Origin: Chrysemys picta bellii
Lineage: Eukaryota
Assembly: GCF_011386835.1 (NCBI RefSeq)
Contig: NC_088806.1
Coordinates: 2,604,001-2,668,000 of the forward strand
Length of the DNA: 64,000 bases
Reading direction: 5' to 3'
Shown one piece after another: positions 57,880-64,000 of this stretch. Under the pieces are notes generated by a model. The model was not told where the DNA came from, ran no database searches, and saw only the letters and a list, made by a program, of their open reading frames with translations. The first letter of the stretch is position 1. Each line of letters opens with the position of its first letter. The translations under genes were made by a program, and so were the position numbers.

Positions 57880-58130
57880 CCTGACCAGCAGGGACCCTCC
57901 GACCTTCCTGCCAGCAGGACTTTCGGGGTGGGGGGTTGGGTGTAAATTCCCAACTGAACCCCCCAGTCCGGAGAACCAGCCTCCAATGGCTGAGCCAGGC
58001 TGGGGTCTCTTATAATGTCCTGAGAGAGGGGGTGGGAAGTTCTCTCTCTAGTTCACATCCTTCCGCCCCGGCCCAGCCGCGGGAGGGTTCAAGGGGGGGG
58101 AGTATTAATAGACCTTTCAGGAAAAAGGCT
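57880..58130 (-). promoter_or_regulatory. Candidate BCL6B non-coding exon 1 and TATA/ETS promoter
   Basis: Donor AGG|GTGAGC at 57880/57879, TATAAG at 58014-58009, and a GGAAGGATG ETS-like site plus a GC box upstream. This is the only unique sequence between repeat arrays. Confidence 0.5.
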
Positions 58131-59447
58131 GGACAATTTCAAGATCCACAAACAAACCCAGGTCCCAGCCCCCCCGCTCTAACCACTAGACACCACTCCC
58201 CTCCCAGAGCCGGGGAGAGAACCCAGGAGTCCTGGCTCCCAGCCCGCCCCCTGCTCTAACCCACCAGCCCCCACTCCCCTCCCAGAGCTGGGGAGAGAAC
58301 CCAGGAGTCCTGGCTCCTGCCCCCCCCCCCCCACACTCTAACCACTAGACACCACTCCCCTCCCAGAGCCGGGGAGAGAACCCAGAAGTCCTGGCTCCCA
58401 GCCCCCCCTGCTCTAACCCACCAGCCCCCACTCCCCTCCCAGAGCCGGGGAGAGAACCCAGGAGTCCTGGCTCCCAGCCCCCCCTGCTCTAACCCACCAG
58501 CCCCTACTCCCCTCCCAGAGCCGGGGAGAGAACCCAGGAGTCCTGGCTCTGATCCCCCTGCTCAATTCATCCCACTGCTCTGCTAAGGCACCTTCCCTCT
58601 CCTTTGAGATCCAGGAATTGGGGGGGGGGGGGAGGCTGTGGTTTGCAGCAGGGAGGGGTGCAGCTGGGACTGGCCGGTCCCTGAATGAAGTTGCTCTATT
58701 TCCTTCTATTGTCCCGGCCTACGCTGGGGAGCCCGGGGTGGCGGGGGCAGGGGCGGGGGGGAGGCAAGGTGGTGGGATTGCGGGGGGAGGAAACTGGATA
58801 TTTGTTTTGGACCCTCACCCTTAGTGAGACAAGACAAAGATGCATGGAGGGGCAGTGGGACGAGGGGTCCCTGTATAACCAGCCACCCCGCCCCAGAGGT
58901 GGCTGCATCTCTGCGCCGGGCGAGGGGTCCCCGGGTAACCAGCCGCCCCGCCCCAGAGGTGGCTGCATCTCAGCACCAGGCGAGGGGTCCCCGGGTAACC
59001 AGCCGCCCCGCCCCAGAGGTGGCTGCATCTCAGCGCCGGGCAAGAGGTCCCTGGATAGATTTCTGGACACAAAGTCCATTGTGGTATAGTCACAAATGCA
59101 GGAAACTCCCAGTAGTGTGGGGGGGCAGGCGGGGGTGCCCCAGGCAGTGACAGGTCTTAAAGTAGTGTTGGGGGAGGGGAGCTAGAGAATCTGTAGCCAG
59201 GGACAGAACCCAGGAGTCCTGGCTCCCATCCCCCCTGTTCTAACCACTAGTCCCCCACTCCCCTCCCAGAGCCAGTGAGAGAACCCAGGAGTCCTGGCTC
59301 CCAGCCCCCCCTCCTCCTCCCCTCCCAGAGCTGGGGAGAGAACCCAGGAGTCCTGGCTCCCTGCCCCGCCCCGCATCTAGACCAGTGACCCCTGCTGCCC
59401 ACAGGTTAATCACTCGGGTGTCGGGATGTGTCGGCACCAGCCTGTGG

Positions 59448-59519
59448 CCAGCAGGTGGCGATGTCGGACCGAGAATCACCCTGGCTTGCAGTGTCGGCCC
59501 CTCGCCCAGCAGGTGGCGC
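59448..59519 (+). promoter_or_regulatory. Two tandem CTCF consensus sites
   Basis: CCAGCAGGTGGCGA (59448) and CCAGCAGGTGGCGC (59506). The second is preceded by a TGCAGTG upstream-type motif (59487). Confidence 0.6.
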
Positions 59520-60399
59520 GCTGCAGAACTGGGTCCGATATGGGGAACTGGGAAGAGGAGGGTGCCCAGGACTCCTGGGTTCTCTCCCCGGCTCTGGGAG
59601 GGGAGTGGGGGCTGGTGGGTTAGAGCAGGGGGCGCTGGGAGCCAGGACTCCTGGGTTCTCTCCCGGGCTCTGGGAGGGGAGTGGGGGCTGGTGGGTTAGA
59701 GCAGGGGGGGCTGGGAGCCAGGACTCCTGGGTTCTCTCCCCGGCTCTGGGAGGGGAGTGGGGGCTGGTGGGTTAAAGCAGGGGGCGCTGGGAGCCAGGAC
59801 TCCTGGGTTCTCTCCCTAGCTCTGGGAGGGGAGTGGGGGCTGGTGGGTTAGAGCAGGGGGGGCTGGGAGCCAGGATTCCTGGGTTTTCTCCCCAGCTTTG
59901 TTATGTGATGTAGGGTCTATCCCTTACTGCTGTGCCTCAGTTTCCCCTCCTGTATCTCTTTAGACTGTCAGTTTTTAGGATCAGGGTCTTTCATTCTGTG
60001 TATGGGCAGTGCCCGGCCTGACGGGCCAGGACAAGAAGCCATAACCCCCGATCACCTCGCCCCAGTCGAACAGCTGTTCAGACTTTCCTGATAAGGCTGG
60101 AGGGGAGCCAGGGCCCCAGAGCTGGGCTGGCCGGCCAGTCCCTGACCCGGGACGGGATGGGAGCCAACGCTCCTGGAAGGGGAAAGGCCCTGTATCCAAT
60201 TCCCCACCCGTGAGCCAGGCAGTTCCTTCCCTGAGTCGGGGAGAGAACCCAGTTCTCCTGGTTCCCAGCCCCCCTGTAACCCACCCACCCACCCCCAGCG
60301 CCGGGAGAGAACCCGGAGTCCTGGCTCCCAGCCCCCAATCTCCTCCCAGAGCCGGGGAAGAACCCAGGAGTCCTACCCTGCCCCTCCCATGCCCCCCCA

Positions 60400-60656
60400 C
60401 AGGAAGTGGTAGGAATTCCCATCCCCACGTGTCTCCTCTGGAATGTGGTGACGTCACCGAGGGGTCCATTAAAAAAACTTTTTTTGGGAGTTAGGAGAAA
60501 AAAAACTTTTGTGGGAAGATTGGAGCCGGTGGGGTCCGGAACCTCCGGGACCCTCCCTCCACCGGGCCTGGGACCCTCCCCCGCCCCACGAGTGGGGCAG
60601 AACAGGAGGGGTTTGGACACCCCCCCCCCCAGCTGGGAATCCCCCATCGGAACCAG
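60400..60656 (+). promoter_or_regulatory. Candidate TRIP6 promoter and non-coding first exon
   Basis: CAGGAAGTG (ETS), CACGTG, palindromic CRE GGTGACGTCACC (60447-60458), and donor CAG|GTAAGA at 60656/60657. Confidence 0.5.
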
Positions 60657-61175
60657 GTAAGAATCGGGTTCCCCCGCCCCGCAGGAATTCCCCCCACGTG
60701 ATCAGAGACACCCCCCCTCCCTCTCCCCGAGCCAGGGACCCCATCACCCTTAGCACCCCCAGGGCCCCGGACCTCTCTCCAGCCCATTCTGCCCCTGGGA
60801 ACCCAGGAGTCCTGGCTCCCAGCCCCCCCTTCTCTAACCACCAGACCCCACTCCCCTCCCAGAGCCGGGGAGAGAACCCAGGAGTCCTGGCTCCCAGCCA
60901 CCCCGCTCTAACCCACCAGCCCCCACTCCCCTTCCAGAGCCGGGGGGAGAACCCAGGAGTCCTGGCTCCCAGCCCCCCCTGCTCTAACTCATCAGACCCC
61001 ACTCCCCTCCCAGAGCCGGGGAGAGAACCCAGGAGTCCTGGCTCCCAGCCCCCTCTGCTCTAACCCACCAGCCCCCGCTCCCCTCCCAGAGCCAGGGAGA
61101 GAACCCAGGAGTCCTGGCTCCCAGCCCACCCCCCTAACCTCTCTGCATCCTTCCTCCCCTCCGCAGGTCCCAGAG

Positions 61176-61365
61176 ATGTCCGGTCCCACCTGGCTTCCCC
61201 CCAAGCAGCCGAACTCTTCAGGCTCTCCCGGCATCTCGGTCTCTGCTCCGGCGCTCTGCAAACCCCAGAAGAAATACGCTCCGGTCCCCGCGCCCCCCAG
61301 GCCGGCCCCCCAGGAGCAGAATGGGGGTGGCATGAGCGGGCCGGGCTACCAGCCTTCGGGCCCTG
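61176..61365 (+). CDS. TRIP6: TRIP6 first coding exon
   Basis: MSGPTWLPPKQP matches the recalled TRIP6 N-terminus. Acceptor at 61165-61166, donor G|GTAAAT. Confidence 0.92.
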
Positions 61366-61498
61366 GTAAATACCCGTTTTCCACCCTCCCAGTACCCGAT
61401 TGGTCTGATCCAGGTGGGGGGCAGGGCTAGTTGGCGGGCGGGGGGAGAATACAGAGGGAGGGGGCCTGTGGGTCTGACCCTTGCTGTCTCCCCTCTAG

Positions 61499-61644
61499 GC
61501 AGCCTCCCGTCCCGTTCCCTGCCCTCTGGTTTCCGCCCCCCGGCTGGCTCAGAGCGTCATTATCCATCACCCCCTGGAACCAAGGATGAGCCGGGGGCAC
61601 CCTGGGGTGGCTCCCCCTCTGCCGGACGCGGGTACCACATGCAG
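61499..61644 (+). CDS. TRIP6: TRIP6 coding exon 2
   Basis: GSLPSRSLPSGFRPPAGSERHYPSPPGTKDEPGAPWGG...HMQ; TAG/GTAGGA; phases are consistent. Confidence 0.85.
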
Positions 61645-62091
61645 GTAGGAGGGGGGGAAGAGGGGTCCCTGGAGAGTGGGGAGGTGGGACAGGACTTGGG
61701 GTCCCTGGTGGGGCAGGAACTGGGAGGTTGAATTGCCTGGTGTATGACCCATCCTGCGGGGGGAGGGGCACCCTCCAACCTCTCCTGGCAATCAGGCATT
61801 TGGCGTGCCGGTGGAAGGGGGGGTGACTGACCTCCCACGCAGCCCCCTGTCCTGACTCCAGCCTTGGAGAAGGCCTACATTTCCCATAATTCACCTACCC
61901 TGGTCATGTGGGGCACGTGGGAAGGCTCCTTCCTGACCATCTCCTGCCCTGGAGAATGCGGCTTGATTCCCATTACACTCCAGAACTCCCTGCCACTAGG
62001 ACAGCAGCTGGACTGCATCATCCCAGCTGACAGGCCTGGGTAGTACCTTACAGCCCCGCTCTCCCCACACCCTCATTGTCTGTTTCCTTAG

Positions 62092-62211
62092 GGGCCTGCC
62101 CTAGACCCAGGGCCCCACCGCCCCTCCAGCATCGACGCCCAAATAGACTCGCTCACCAGTATGTTGGCTGATATGGAGAGCGCCGGCCCGCAACGCCGGG
62201 GGGAGAGGCAG
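62092..62211 (+). CDS. TRIP6: TRIP6 coding exon 3 (NES-like)
   Basis: GPALDPGPHRPSSIDAQIDSLTSMLADMESAGPQRRGERQ, matching the family motif S(L/I)DA(E/Q)ID.L...LA. Confidence 0.92.
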
Positions 62212-62921
62212 GTAAACAGCCCCCCCGGGAGGGTTCTGGGGGAGGGGGTGTTGACGCGGTGGGTTTTCATTGGCACAGTCTCTCCTGCCCTACTGAGATT
62301 TCAGTCCCTATAATCCCATCCTTCCGAGTACCTTCTTGTCTGTCTCCTGCCTACCGCATGGTCACTCCAGCACCTGATATCTCTGGAACCGGTGGACACA
62401 GACTCCCGCGTGTGATGCCGTTGGAAAGTAGAGCTCCTGGGTTTTCTGGTGGTATCACCCACCCCTTTCTCCCTCCCCCAGTTCCCCAGGAATCGGCCAC
62501 CGAAAATCACGTTCCAACCAGAACCTCGGGGTGAGGGAACTGGAGGTGGCTCACGGGATGTCACAGTGGGCCCTCCTTTATTGCCCAATATCTCCTGAAC
62601 CAATGGGCGGAGAGATGAGCGCCAGGCACCGTTGGAAAGCTAAGACTTTAAGCTTTCCAACGGGGTATGACGTGCTTCCATCCTTCATGGTTCACAAGCT
62701 ATTGATGGTTTCACTGAGTCACTGTTGGCCTAGCAAGAGTTGACGATCAACATGGACTAGTTGGGTTCCTTGGAGAATGATGGGCGTTTCAATGCATTTA
62801 GGGTTGGGGTGGATTTGCAGGCTGGGGGGCTGGTAATATGGGGTCCCCCCCAAAGCCAGGAGGGGTCCCCCAAAACCCCACACCAGCCTACATCTCATCT
62901 TTCCTCTCCTTTCTTCTCCAG

Positions 62922-63512
62922 AACTTCGACTCCGTCCCGTACCCGTCGGCCTCTGGCCCCCCGCAGCCCGGACCCCCCAAAATGCCTGGCCCCTACAAGC
63001 CGGGCTCTTTCGCCCCCAAGAACTCGCCCTACGGTCCATCGCCCCAACCTGCCACCTCAACGGCTTCCTCTGGGCCGTCTCCCCAGTACGGGGCCGGCTA
63101 CCTGCGGGTGCCACCCGGGCATAAGCCCTACCCGCAGCCCATGCCCGCGTCCTATACCACATCGGCTGGGCCGGCCTTTAACGTCCAGGTCAAAGTTGCC
63201 CAGCCGGTGCTCGGTTACGGTCAACCGAGGCACCGGGCTGAGCAGGCCTATGCCCCCCCCTCGCCCCAGGCTGGCCACGGGGCCCAGTACGCCTTGGAGC
63301 AGGGCGCCAGGGGGGAGGAGGGCTGGTATCTGGAGCCGGGGGGTTACGGCAAGAGGCCAGGCAAGGGGGAGAGCTATGGGGCTGGGGGGCTGGCCAAGCC
63401 GGCGGAGGCGTCTGGGGGTCCGTACCAGGCTGCCACTGGGACCCTGGGCAAGGAAGAGACGGCGGTGACAGGAAAGGTGCCCCCTGGTGGTGGAGGAGGA
63501 TACCAGCACCAG
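62922..63512 (+). CDS. TRIP6: TRIP6 coding exon 4 (proline-rich)
   Basis: ...PASYTTSAGPAFNVQVKVAQPV... (ORF 62838..63521); CAG/GTAACA. Confidence 0.92.
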
Positions 63513-63938
63513 GTAACATGAGAGGGAATGGGACGGGAGTGTGAGCGGGGGCAGATCCTCTGGGAGGGGCGTGGGGGCTGGTGGGTTAGAGCAGGGGGGG
63601 CTGGGAGCCAGGACTCCTGGGTTCTCTCCCTGGCTCTGGAAGGGGAGTGGGGGCTGGTGGGTTAGAGCAGGGGGGGCTGGGAGCCAGGACTCCTGGGTTC
63701 TCTCCCCTGCTCAGGGAGGGGAGTGGGGGCTGGTAGTTAGAACAGGGAGGGGCTGGGAGCCAGGACTCCTGGGTTCTTTCTCTGGCTCTGGAAGGGGAAT
63801 GGGGACTGGTGGGTTAGAGCAGGGGGGCGGGGAGCCAGGACTCCTGGGTTCTTTCCTGCCGGGGATTGTATCCCCTCATGGGGGGGGGGGGGCAGATCAA
63901 TGTGAGCGAAGCCTCCAGCCGAGCTCTCGCTCCCCCAG

Positions 63939-64000
63939 GCCCCACCGAGCCGCCCGGAGGAGGAGCTGGACAGACTGACCAGGAAGCTGGTGCACGACAT
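63939..64000 (+). CDS. TRIP6: TRIP6 coding exon 5, cut by the window edge
   Basis: APPSRPEEELDRLTRKLVHDM, the pre-LIM motif. Confidence 0.92.

Overview
Vertebrate genomic DNA, almost certainly from a turtle: it carries tortoise-type tRNA-derived SINEs with CR1 tails, CR1 LINEs, Gmr1-like Gypsy and Penelope elements. The region is very GC-rich and has one assembly gap (42179-42394). Genes, left to right: (1) Three tandem minus-strand SLC16A13/MCT13-like transporter copies. Copy A is cut off by the left edge and has ATA at the position of the start codon. Copies B (423 aa) and C (443 aa) have four intact coding exons. (2) An intact minus-strand BCL6B with 8 coding exons (517 aa). (3) The first five coding exons of a divergently transcribed plus-strand TRIP6. 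Between B and C lies about 15 kb of nested transposons, several with verifiable target-site duplications (TSDs). Introns are packed with several tandem-repeat families. Most interesting: a 142-bp antisense copy of the copy-B exon-4 acceptor sitting in intron 2; copy-A start loss with a phase-compatible acceptor; exon-2 homogenisation among the paralogs; hammerhead-ribozyme-like motifs in Penelope copies; repeat-borne CTCF motif arrays in convergent orientation; and a zyxin/LPP-like N-terminal motif retained in TRIP6. All coordinates were counted by hand. Family names come from recalled consensus features, not database searches.
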